From Bacillus sp. V2I10 (GTDB taxonomy: Bacteria > Bacillota > Bacilli > Bacillales > Bacillaceae), in contig NZ_JAUSYV010000001.1 of assembly GCF_030817055.1 (NCBI RefSeq), positions 1,378,518 through 1,402,517 on the forward strand: a DNA stretch of 24,000 bases, in the 5' to 3' direction. Within the stretch, counting starts at the first letter, position 1; the number at the start of each line of letters is the position of its first letter. A program made the translations under genes and the position numbers. Positions 8,082 to 15,455 of the stretch are shown one piece after another. The notes under the pieces are model-generated. The model was given only the letters and a program-made list of their open reading frames with translations. It was not told the origin of the DNA and ran no database searches.

Positions 8082-8915
8082 ATGAACCAAATGAAAAACA
8101 TAAAGATTCACCTTATTGTATTAGTTTTGGTGATTTTTACAGAATTTATCGGCGTTCATAAATTTGACATCGGAATAGGGGTTTTAGCTTTATTTCCAAT
8201 GCTTTATGCAATGATATTGGGAGCCATCATTAGTTGGCCATCTTTAAAGCTATTAAAAGAAAAGGAAATGAAAACAGCTTCGCGTATCTTAGAAATTGCT
8301 TTTCTCCTATTTGTTGCAAAATTGGGAACGATGATGGGACCATCACTCTCTCAACTTGCAGATGCAGGATTGCCTCTTATCCTTCAAGAAGCAGGGCATT
8401 TTTTAGGAACCATTGCTCTTGGACTGCCAATTGCCCTATTGATCGGAATGAAAAGAGAAGCGATTGGAGCTACATTTTCAATTGACCGTGAACCAAACTT
8501 AGCTATTATTGCGGAAAAGTACGGAGCAGATTCACCTGAATCTAGGGGAGCTCTAGGTGTATATATCTGTGGAACATTATTTGGAGCTATATATTTAGCA
8601 TTATTTGCTGGTCTCCTAGGGAACCTAGGCATTTTTCATCCTATCGCTTTAGCAATGGGTGCTGGCGTTGGATCAGGAAGCATGATGGCTGCAGCCACAG
8701 GTGCTTTGGCTGTCGTATTCCCAGAACAGGCCAACGAAATTGCTTTATTTGCGGGTGCAGCTAATATTATGACGATTATTATAGGCACGTACGTTTGTAT
8801 ATTCTTTTCACTTCCTGTTACAGTTCGTTTATACAATTGGCTTGAACCGAAGTTTGGTAAGTTTAAAAAAAGCAATCAAAATGCAAGTAGTCATGGGGAG
8901 GAAAAAACCTTATGA
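8082..8915 (+). CDS. polytopic integral membrane protein, putative transporter large subunit (possibly DUF3100-like; family not verified)
   Basis: ATG 8082 lies downstream of AAAAGGGG; the track start TTG 8055 is less likely. About 8-10 hydrophobic segments. It has a glycine-rich segment AMGAGVGSGSMMAAATGALA and a hydrophilic loop IDREPNLAIIAEKYGADSPESRG. I see no MFS or ABC signatures. Confidence 0.7.
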   Translation: MNQMKNIKIHLIVLVLVIFTEFIGVHKFDIGIGVLALFPMLYAMILGAIISWPSLKLLKEKEMKTASRILEIAFLLFVAKLGTMMGPSLSQLADAGLPLILQEAGHFLGTIALGLPIALLIGMKREAIGATFSIDREPNLAIIAEKYGADSPESRGALGVYICGTLFGAIYLALFAGLLGNLGIFHPIALAMGAGVGSGSMMAAATGALAVVFPEQANEIALFAGAANIMTIIIGTYVCIFFSLPVTVRLYNWLEPKFGKFKKSNQNASSHGEEKTL

Positions 8916-9361
8916 ATATGAAACAGCAAATATCTATAATTTCTCTTATCGGAATAATCGCATTATTAGGCAATTGGGTGGGGTATGGTATTTCTCCAAA
9001 AGATAGCTTACCGGGAATGCTCATTGTCATGGTGATCACAGCAGCAGGATTGGCTCTAACAAAGGTTCTACCATTTAAGCTACCTGCTGTCGTATGGATA
9101 TCCCTTTTTGCTCTTCTAGTAACATCCCCTATTTTTCCAGGCAATGCTATTTTTGCAGAAGCAACAGGGAAACTAGAATTTATGGCTCTTGCAACTCCTA
9201 TATTGGCATATGCAGGGTTGTCATTTGGGAAAGATATTCAGGAGTTTAAAAAGCTTGGTTGGAGGATTGTCGTCATATCACTTGTTGTTTATACCGGAAC
9301 ATTTTTATTTGCTACAATATTTGCAGAAATTGCTTTTAGACTTACAGGAAAGTTTCATTAG
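8912..9361 (+). CDS. small (~5-TM) integral membrane protein, translationally coupled to the upstream membrane protein
   Basis: 149-aa ORF. Its ATG overlaps the upstream stop (ATGA at 8912-8915). It is almost entirely hydrophobic. Confidence 0.7.
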   Translation: MNMKQQISIISLIGIIALLGNWVGYGISPKDSLPGMLIVMVITAAGLALTKVLPFKLPAVVWISLFALLVTSPIFPGNAIFAEATGKLEFMALATPILAYAGLSFGKDIQEFKKLGWRIVVISLVVYTGTFLFATIFAEIAFRLTGKFH

Positions 9362-9571
9362 GATAAGTAGATGTGGTTACGAATATGGATTTAAAAACGG
9401 GAAAGTCAATGGAAACCAAGCTTTTGAAGAAGAATTAAGCGAAAATGAGTTTAAAGGCGCCAAAAAAGCTATTTATAAATAATCTATCACTCGTATTAAG
9501 AGATGCCGTGCATACATTATAAAAAATCTTTAAACACTGGTATACTAAAATTCCCATTAATATCGGCAATC

Positions 9572-9605
9572 AAAAAGCCCTAGGAAATCTTAAGGGCTTT
9601 TCTGG
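9572..9605 (+). terminator. hairpin terminator candidate downstream of the membrane-protein pair
   Basis: aaaagccct (9573-9581) pairs with agggctttt (9593-9601) across an 11-nt loop. The GC core is only 4 bp. Confidence 0.45.
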
Positions 9606-9697
9606 TTTTAGCAAATTTATTCATAAAAATAAATATTTTATTAATTTATATGTATAAAAGAATGATTGATTGGAAATTATATAAAGGGGGAAAAATA

Positions 9698-9835
9698 GTG
9701 TCGAGAGAAAGTAAATTAACGTTGTCTGATTTTGTTAAAAACGATCGATTTGAACTAAACTCTTGCCTTACATATTTATTCCATCAATTTTATGGTAATG
9801 TTCCGGATCAGTCGGATGATAAAATGGTAAAATAA
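9698..9835 (+). CDS. hypothetical small protein (45 aa from the GTG start)
   Basis: GTG 9698 sits 7 nt after AAAGGGGG (9683-9690), in frame with the track ORF 9650-9835. A very strong terminator follows at 9893-9943. No family recognised. Confidence 0.4.
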   Translation: MSRESKLTLSDFVKNDRFELNSCLTYLFHQFYGNVPDQSDDKMVK

Positions 9836-9892
9836 TAGAATAACCAATAAAGTAAACTGAAAAGGCAAAATAGTAAAGATTGAGAAAATAGT

Positions 9893-9943
9893 ATAAGCGA
9901 CCTTGTTATTCAAATTAGAATTAACAAGGTCGCTTATTTTTGT
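9893..9943 (+). terminator. strong rho-independent terminator
   Basis: ataagcgaccttgtta (9893-9908) pairs perfectly (16 bp) with taacaaggtcgcttat (9922-9937), followed by TTTTTGTT. Confidence 0.8.
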
Positions 9944-10559
9944 TATAAACTTTTTTTAATCTGTTTAGTCGATATAGCACTGGTTACCGGTAATCTGCCA
10001 AGGTTTTGAGGGCATTGAAAAGGTGTACCTTCCTATATGTTAAGAAAAATATAGTTATATGGGTATTCATTTAATATCTTTATACATTAAATAAATGAGA
10101 GTTAATTGACCTTCCAGTGTCATTCAACTCCCTCATTACAATTATTCTCCTATATAATAAATTTAGCCTACATGAGGTATTGTAAGCTAGATAATTGATA
10201 AATGATTATATTTATTTTATTATTTAAACATTCCTCACAGTATATTTATTTAGCATGGCTGAAAAATCGCAATTTGACAAAGTCGGATTGTACATTTCGC
10301 ATTTCTGATTCAGTATAAAGAAACGGATAACCGAATTAGTATGTTTTTGGGTTTCCAAGAAATATGCAGGAATAGGTGTATATTAAACAAATGATCAAAA
10401 ACTAAGATAGCAAGGCTAACTCATATTACATCTAAGTAAACGATCAAATACAAAAGAAAAGCTACAGATGCTTCCTGAGATTATGAAATTTTGCAATAGG
10501 ATGTGAAAAAAGAAAAGTTTAATAGAATATGACTGTTTTTACAGAAAGGCGAGAAAAAC

Positions 10560-11771
10560 TTGAACCAATTTACTGAAAAAAGACGATTACAACTTGCTTT
10601 ACTTTTAGGATCACTTGCACTTTTAGGCCCTTTTACAATAGATATGTATTTGCCTTCATTCCCTACTATTGTAAAAGAATATAGTACGACTGCATCTTTA
10701 GTGCAAATTAGTTTAACTACCTGCCTATTAGGTCTAGGCTTGGGGCAATTAATTATTGGTCCAATGAGTGACGTTCTCGGACGCCGTAAACCACTGCTTA
10801 TTTTTCTCATCATGTATTTACTGGCTTCCGTAGTATGTGCATTTGCACCGAATATTTATTTCTTCATCGGGGCTCGCTTTTTACAAGGCTTTGCAGCTGC
10901 AGGTGGACTAGTTATTTCAAGGGCCATTGTTCGTGATGTTTATAGTGGCAGGGAACTGACCAAGTTTTTTGCTTTATTGATGGCCGTAAGTAATCTCGGT
11001 CCTATTATTGCACCTATAGCAGGAGGCAGTATCCTCTTCTTTACAAATTGGGCGGGGGTATTTATTGTTTTGGCTTGTATTGGTATGGTGCTGTTTTTGA
11101 TTATTTCATTGAAACTAGAAGAAACATTGCCAATTGAAAAGCGTATACCAAGTAACTTTATTCAAGTATTGAAGAACTTTGGTTCCTTATTAAAAGATCG
11201 TCAATTCACAGGGTACGCACTTACACAAGGTTTTATCATTGCAGGAATCTTTGCTTACGTATCTGGTATTCCTTTTGTCTATCAGAATATTTATGGTGTA
11301 TCACCTCAAGTATTCAGTCTCTTATTTGGAGTGAATGGGATTGCCTTAATAATTGGAAGCCAGATTGTTGGCCGCTATTCAGATGTCATACCAGAGAAAA
11401 CTTTTTTGAAGATAGGTTTAATTCTTTCTAACACAGCAGGTGCTGTATTACTAGGAGCACTTCTTATAAAAGCACCGCTATTTGCTATCGCCATTCCTAT
11501 ATTCTTTTTAGTATCCTGCATCGGGATTATTGCTACGACATCTTTTTCATTAGCGATGGAATCACAAGGACATATTGCGGGAAGCGCTTCGGCACTATTA
11601 GGTGTACTCCCATTTATACTTGGCTCATTAACAGCTCCACTCGTCGGAATAGCAGGAGAATATTCAGCCATTCCAATGGGTGTCACTATCTTTTTAGCAA
11701 GCTTTATGGCCTTTCTATCCTATTATGGATTAGTCCGAAAAGCTTCTGTTGCCGTACAAACTTCAAGATAA
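10560..11771 (+). CDS. MFS multidrug efflux transporter, Bcr/CflA subfamily
   Basis: 403-aa ORF with a TTG start. The N-terminus LLLGSLALLGPFTIDMYLPSFPTI, then GQLIIGPMSDVLGRRKPLL and about 12 TM segments, are typical of Bcr/CflA drug:H+ antiporters. Confidence 0.85.
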   Translation: MNQFTEKRRLQLALLLGSLALLGPFTIDMYLPSFPTIVKEYSTTASLVQISLTTCLLGLGLGQLIIGPMSDVLGRRKPLLIFLIMYLLASVVCAFAPNIYFFIGARFLQGFAAAGGLVISRAIVRDVYSGRELTKFFALLMAVSNLGPIIAPIAGGSILFFTNWAGVFIVLACIGMVLFLIISLKLEETLPIEKRIPSNFIQVLKNFGSLLKDRQFTGYALTQGFIIAGIFAYVSGIPFVYQNIYGVSPQVFSLLFGVNGIALIIGSQIVGRYSDVIPEKTFLKIGLILSNTAGAVLLGALLIKAPLFAIAIPIFFLVSCIGIIATTSFSLAMESQGHIAGSASALLGVLPFILGSLTAPLVGIAGEYSAIPMGVTIFLASFMAFLSYYGLVRKASVAVQTSR

Positions 11772-11806
11772 TGTCAGGGAGCTATCAAAAATTAGAAAAT
11801 GTATGA

Positions 11807-12058
11807 TCGTATGAATATGATTCAATTAAAAAAATTCATATAGCAAACCTCAGTAGTAACAATGTTTCCATCATTAGTGGAATTACTAATACAGTCATTT
11901 CTACCGTTTCAGTGGGTTCTAACCCAACGGCTGTGGGCGTGAATCCTTTAACAAAAGTGATTTATTTGGCAAACGAGGGCAGTATCAATGTTTCTGTCAT
12001 TAGTGGAAATACAAATACTGTCATTCCTAACTTTTTGGTGTTATCCCAAGTTGATTAG
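11807..12058 (+). pseudogene. fragment of a YVTN-type beta-propeller repeat protein (no start codon, truncated)
   Basis: An open frame without Met reads ...HIANLSSNNVSIISGITNTVISTVSVGSNPTAVGVNPLTKVIYLANEGSINVSVISGNTNTVIPNFLVLSQVD*. The DNA repeats aatgtttccatcattagtgga (11861) and aatgtttctgtcattagtgga (11987) are 126 bp (42 codons) apart. A shifted LGVNP follows at 12057-12071. Confidence 0.6.
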
Positions 12059-12284
12059 GGGTGAATCCTTAAATAAATAAGTTCATGGCCTTTCCTTGCC
12101 AGCTCACCACATATTCGTTTTAAATTTAAGTGAAAAAAAGGCGATTTCTTTATTAGTAAAGTGTAACAGAATGGAAAAACATAGGTAAAAGAACTCTCCG
12201 GATATCTGGAGGTTTCTTTTACGATTAATTCTAAATCCCAATAATAGCGAAGAATGTATAATCTGCACAAATTTTGCATTATTT

Positions 12285-12306
12285 TGTAAAGTAATTGAAA
12301 TGTAAT
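12285..12306 (+). promoter_or_regulatory. WalR-like direct-repeat box upstream of the NlpC/P60 gene (candidate)
   Basis: TGTAAA gtaat TGAAAT (12285-12301) matches the WalR consensus TGTWAH-N5-TGTWAH at 11 of 12 positions. An overlapping TGTAAT lies at 12301-12306. The box is about 75-90 nt before the ATG at 12376. Confidence 0.25.
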
Positions 12307-12375
12307 TACAACATTGCTGTTATTTAATGATGCTAATATTAAGAAAATAGCAAGTTAGTAATATGGGGGTAAAGA

Positions 12376-13032
12376 ATGAAAAAATTAATAGCATCATTTG
12401 TCTTAACCGGCGCTTTATTAAGCAGTCCAATTGTTGGTAGTGCTGCATTGGGTGACCAGACATTAAAAAGTGGGATGTACCATTCTGATGTAAAACAATT
12501 ACAAGAAACATTGAAAAAAAAGGGTTACTTTACTAATAAATCAACAACTACATATTTTGGACCTATTACAAAAAGCGCTGTTATTAAGTTCCAAAAAGCT
12601 AAAGGATTAAAAGCAGATGGAATAGCAGGTAAAAATACATATAAAGCTCTAGGGAAACAAGCAAGTCAACCAGTTTATAAGTCCAATATCGTGACTACTG
12701 CAAAAAAATATTTAAATGTACCCTATGTTTGGGGCGGAATGTCTCCAAAAGGGTTTGATTGCAGCGGATACTTAAATTATGTTTTTAATGAAAGTGCAGG
12801 TAAAAAGCTTCCTAGAACAGTAGCAGATATTTATAAGCAGGGGGTTAAGGTTTCTTCACCTCAGGTAGGAGATTTAGTATTCTTTGAGACATATAAGCCA
12901 GGGGCTTCTCACGCAGGCATATATTTAGGGAATAATCAATTCATTCATAGTTCTTCTTCTAAAGGTGTAAGTATTACTTCAATGAACAATTCCTATTGGT
13001 CTGAGAGATACTTAGGGGCTAAAAGATATTAA
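12376..13032 (+). CDS. secreted cell-wall hydrolase: signal peptide, peptidoglycan-binding domain and NlpC/P60 (C40) endopeptidase
   Basis: 218-aa ORF with RBS GGGGGT. Signal-like MKKLIASFVLTGALLSSPIVGSAA. PG_binding_1-like segment DVKQLQETLKKKGYF...FQKAKGLKADGIAGKNTYKAL. NlpC/P60 core YVWGGMSPKGFDCSGYLNYVF...HAGIYLGNNQFIHSSS. Confidence 0.85.
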   Translation: MKKLIASFVLTGALLSSPIVGSAALGDQTLKSGMYHSDVKQLQETLKKKGYFTNKSTTTYFGPITKSAVIKFQKAKGLKADGIAGKNTYKALGKQASQPVYKSNIVTTAKKYLNVPYVWGGMSPKGFDCSGYLNYVFNESAGKKLPRTVADIYKQGVKVSSPQVGDLVFFETYKPGASHAGIYLGNNQFIHSSSSKGVSITSMNNSYWSERYLGAKRY

Positions 13033-13063
13033 GAAAAAAAGCGCAGTTTGCATTGCAATAGAA

Positions 13064-13470
13064 TTAAATAGTCAAAGAAATACTTATTGATTTCCCTTCA
13101 AATAGATTTTTAATTAAACTGAATAGTATTAATAGAAATTCAAATGCTAACCATATTAATATTTGGTTAGCTTCACGCGAACCGTATATAGGCAAAATTA
13201 AGTCGGCCATTTCGGCCAGATTACTGTTTTGGCTGCTTGAAATAGCCGCAATTTTGATTCCCTGTCGTTTCGAGATCTGAGCGTTTGATAATACATAGAA
13301 TGACTCACCAGATCTTGAGAATACAACATGGTTTTAAGGATTTAGAGAAAGTAGAGGATTTAATCTTAACGACTAAAACCAAATTTTTGGAAACGCTTAA
13401 AAAGCGTCTTAATTGGGTTTATTATGTCTTCAAAACTCTGGATCCTTATATGGTGCAAATCTGTTATCCA
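13064..13470 (-). pseudogene. decayed RpiR/MurR-family regulator (HTH fragment and SIS-domain fragment in different frames)
   Basis: The minus strand reads NHVVFSRSGESFYVLSNAQISKRQGIKIAAISSSQNSNLAEMADLILPIYGSRE... (13064-13331), which is SIS-domain-like and preceded by a stop. A second frame (13366-13440) reads ...NPIKTLFKRFQKFGFSR*, resembling the RpiR HTH_6 end. About 100 aa of a normal RpiR are missing. Confidence 0.5.
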
Positions 13471-13471
13471 G

Positions 13472-13508
13472 AAAAAAGTCTGATGAGTGATCCTCATCAG
13501 ACTTTTTT
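13472..13508. terminator. bidirectional rho-independent terminator
   Basis: aaaaaagtctgatgag (13472-13487) pairs perfectly with ctcatcagactttttt (13493-13508) across a 5-nt loop. The A-run and T-run form the stem ends. Confidence 0.7.
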
Positions 13509-13702
13509 GATGGTATATAAGTTTTTTTCGTAAAGTTAATAAATACATGTTAGACTTCTTATAAAGAAACTACAATTGCTAATACAGCCATTTCCAACTT
13601 TAAGTAGTAATTTAGCTAATATTTCCCAAAACTACTTGTAAACAATCATTGAAATTAAGGGAAATAAGGCTTAAATAAGACAAAAAAGGAGAAAATACAA
13701 AG

Positions 13703-14524
13703 ATGAGTGAATCAATTAATTTACATAGAGACGCGAGAGACATGTTAATGGCAACAAGCCGGACCTTCTTTATCCCTATTAGTCTTCTATCGCCAGGATT
13801 AAGAGAAACTGTTACATCCGCCTACTTATGCATGAGAGCTATTGACGAGATTGAAGATCATCCTCAACTCGATTTCGAAACCAAAAGTAATCTATTACGT
13901 TCAATCAGTCAACTCTTGCAAAAACCCTTTAATAACAACGAGTTAATGGATATTTTTCATCCGTACAACTCCCTTCTCCCGGATGTTACCTTACGTCTTG
14001 GTGATTGGATCAAGCTTTGTCCACCGACAATTGTAGAGAACGTTTTGAATGCAACATCCACTATGGCGAAAGGGATGGGGGACTGGGTTTTAAAAGAGTG
14101 GCGGATTAAGAATGAAGAGGATTTGAATCAATACACATTCTACGTGGCTGGTTTGGTTGGAGTCATGCTCTCAGATATTTGGAAGTGGTATGATGCTACT
14201 GAAACAGATGAGTCTCTAGCCATAGCCTTTGGCCGTGGTTTACAGTCCGTCAATATTCTTCGTAATCGTGCAGAGGATTTAGAGAGAGGTGTAGATTTCT
14301 TTCCCGATGGGTGGGAGCTAGAAGATATGTTTATGTACGCCCGACGTAATCTAGCTCTTGCTGACGTTTACTTGGAGAATATTAAACCTGGTCCAATCCT
14401 TAATTTTTGCAAAATCCCGATAGCACTTGCACATGGTACGCTTGACGCTTTAACAGAGGGAAAGGAAAAAATGAGTAGAACTGCCGTAACTGAAATAGTG
14501 AATCAAGTAGTAAGCAAACAATAA
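13703..14524 (+). CDS. squalene/phytoene synthase family protein (head-to-head prenyl synthase fold, YisP/SQS-like)
   Basis: 273-aa ORF with RBS AGGAG. ATSRTFFIPISLL and YLCMRAIDEIED (first Asp-rich motif D48-x-x-E-D52) match the family. NILRNRAEDLERGVDFFP sits where the family has N-I-x-R-D-x-x-E-D. Confidence 0.8.
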   Translation: MSESINLHRDARDMLMATSRTFFIPISLLSPGLRETVTSAYLCMRAIDEIEDHPQLDFETKSNLLRSISQLLQKPFNNNELMDIFHPYNSLLPDVTLRLGDWIKLCPPTIVENVLNATSTMAKGMGDWVLKEWRIKNEEDLNQYTFYVAGLVGVMLSDIWKWYDATETDESLAIAFGRGLQSVNILRNRAEDLERGVDFFPDGWELEDMFMYARRNLALADVYLENIKPGPILNFCKIPIALAHGTLDALTEGKEKMSRTAVTEIVNQVVSKQ

Positions 14525-14643
14525 TATTCCATGTACTAAGGGGCATAGTTTATTGTGTTGATTATGCTGTTCCATCTTAGATACTCACTAGGGAAACTAA
14601 GGGCACAAATGCTAACGATTAAGGTGGTTTTCCATTTATACAC

Positions 14644-14686
14644 AAAAACAATAAGCCCCCACTTGCCCTAAGGGGTTATTGTTTTT
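14644..14686. terminator. hairpin terminator candidate downstream of the synthase-like gene
   Basis: aaaaacaataa-g-cccc (14644-14659) pairs with ggggttattgttttt (14672-14686), leaving one bulged G. An A-run and a T-run flank it. Confidence 0.45.
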
Positions 14687-14812
14687 GCTAAATAATTTAT
14701 GTTTTTCCCCTGCCCTTGGAAGCTTTCCCATACCATGTGTCTACAGTATAAGGCCTCTTATTTCTTCGTCATGCCTATCCATGGGGCGGAGGCCAGTTTT
14801 GCTAACCTAATT

Positions 14813-14859
14813 TATTGGCAGTTTACATAATACAGATTTTAAACAGCAAATAAATTTTA
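14813..14859 (+). repeat. dispersed repeat, copy B
   Basis: The core tttacataatacagattttaaacagcaaataaatttta (14822-14859) is identical to copy C at 20623-20663 except for one substitution and a 3-nt indel. Confidence 0.65.
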
Positions 14860-14888
14860 AAAGAGCAGTGAGAACTGCTCTTTTTTTG
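14858..14888. terminator. rho-independent terminator abutting repeat copy B
   Basis: aagagcagt (14861-14869), loop gaga, then actgctctt (14874-14882), followed by a T-run to 14887. A's lie upstream, so it could act in both directions. Confidence 0.75.
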
Positions 14889-15081
14889 TTGAAAAGTCAG
14901 AAGCTCATCATAACGAAAAAACGCTAAGTGGGAAGAGTGGGTATCTTATACCTTTCACCGTATTCTGCTTTTGTTCGCCTCAAGCTAAATTTAAAATCAA
15001 TTTACTTTTATCCATTAAACAATCCTTTACCTTTGGGAAATGCTATGCTCTTACGTTCGAATTCATATATGGTTATTCGCA

Positions 15082-15417
15082 CTATGTTTCAGTATCCATA
15101 AAAATTTTTGAAACATTGACTGCTTCCTCATACTGCTCAGTTTCCACGTTATAGTTATATAATTGCTTGGCATACTTGTTTATGTACATCGTATTATTGT
15201 ATGACTGGAAATAGGGTAGGGCATCCCTCTCTATAAAGCTGTAATACTGATCGAGTTTATCCTCTATACGATAGATGAGAAGCTGGAATAATGTTTTGAA
15301 TAAACGGTTGTCCAATTCTATTGCCCTGGTTATCCCTTCCTTAGCCTTTTTCAGCATAACTGTTTTCCGCAACAGCTTTCCTGCCAAGCAGCTTTCCAAA
15401 TAATTGTACAAGTACAT
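15082..15417 (-). pseudogene. C-terminal TPR fragment of a Rap/NprR (RNPP)-type regulator (111 codons versus ~375 expected)
   Basis: ...KAKEGITRAIELDNRLFKTLFQLLIYRIEDKLDQYYSFIERDALPYFQSYNNTMYINKYAKQLYNYNVETEQYEEAVNVSKIF resembles the last TPRs of Bacillus Rap phosphatases. There is no Shine-Dalgarno before the ATG. The frame is closed by TAA about 60 nt upstream. Confidence 0.4.
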
Positions 15418-15455
15418 AAGGTATGAATAGGAAGAGTAAGTTATTACTCTGAATG

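Noticed and set aside
9189-9482. A 97-aa ORF whose tail beyond the small membrane gene reads CGYEYGFKNGKVNGNQAFEEELSENEFKGAKKAIYK and looks protein-like.
   Set aside because: The first two thirds overlap the 8912-9361 gene out of frame. The tail has no start codon or RBS of its own. At best it is an unidentifiable gene remnant, and I recognise no family.
12055-12511. Minus-strand ORFs 12055-12279 and 12320-12511.
   Set aside because: They have no RBS. One overlaps the start of the NlpC/P60 gene antisense and the other lies in AT-rich spacer with odd composition. They are likely spurious.
13285-13533. An 82-aa plus-strand ORF in the spacer before the synthase-like gene.
   Set aside because: It runs antisense through the RpiR-like remnant and straight through the 13472-13508 terminator hairpin. 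It has no RBS and its sequence is implausible.
14980-15015. A possible phr-like peptide gene downstream of the Rap fragment (MDKSKLILNLA*, with a good SD). Reading through the TGA would give about 35 aa.
   Set aside because: It is too short. The read-through product has a hydrophilic middle and a hydrophobic C-terminus, which is the opposite of Phr precursor architecture. It is kept only as a note under the Rap finding.
15040-15075. GTTCGAATTC resembles a tRNA T-arm.
   Set aside because: No acceptor, D or anticodon stems can be drawn around it. It lies at the 3' end of the Rap-like ORF region.
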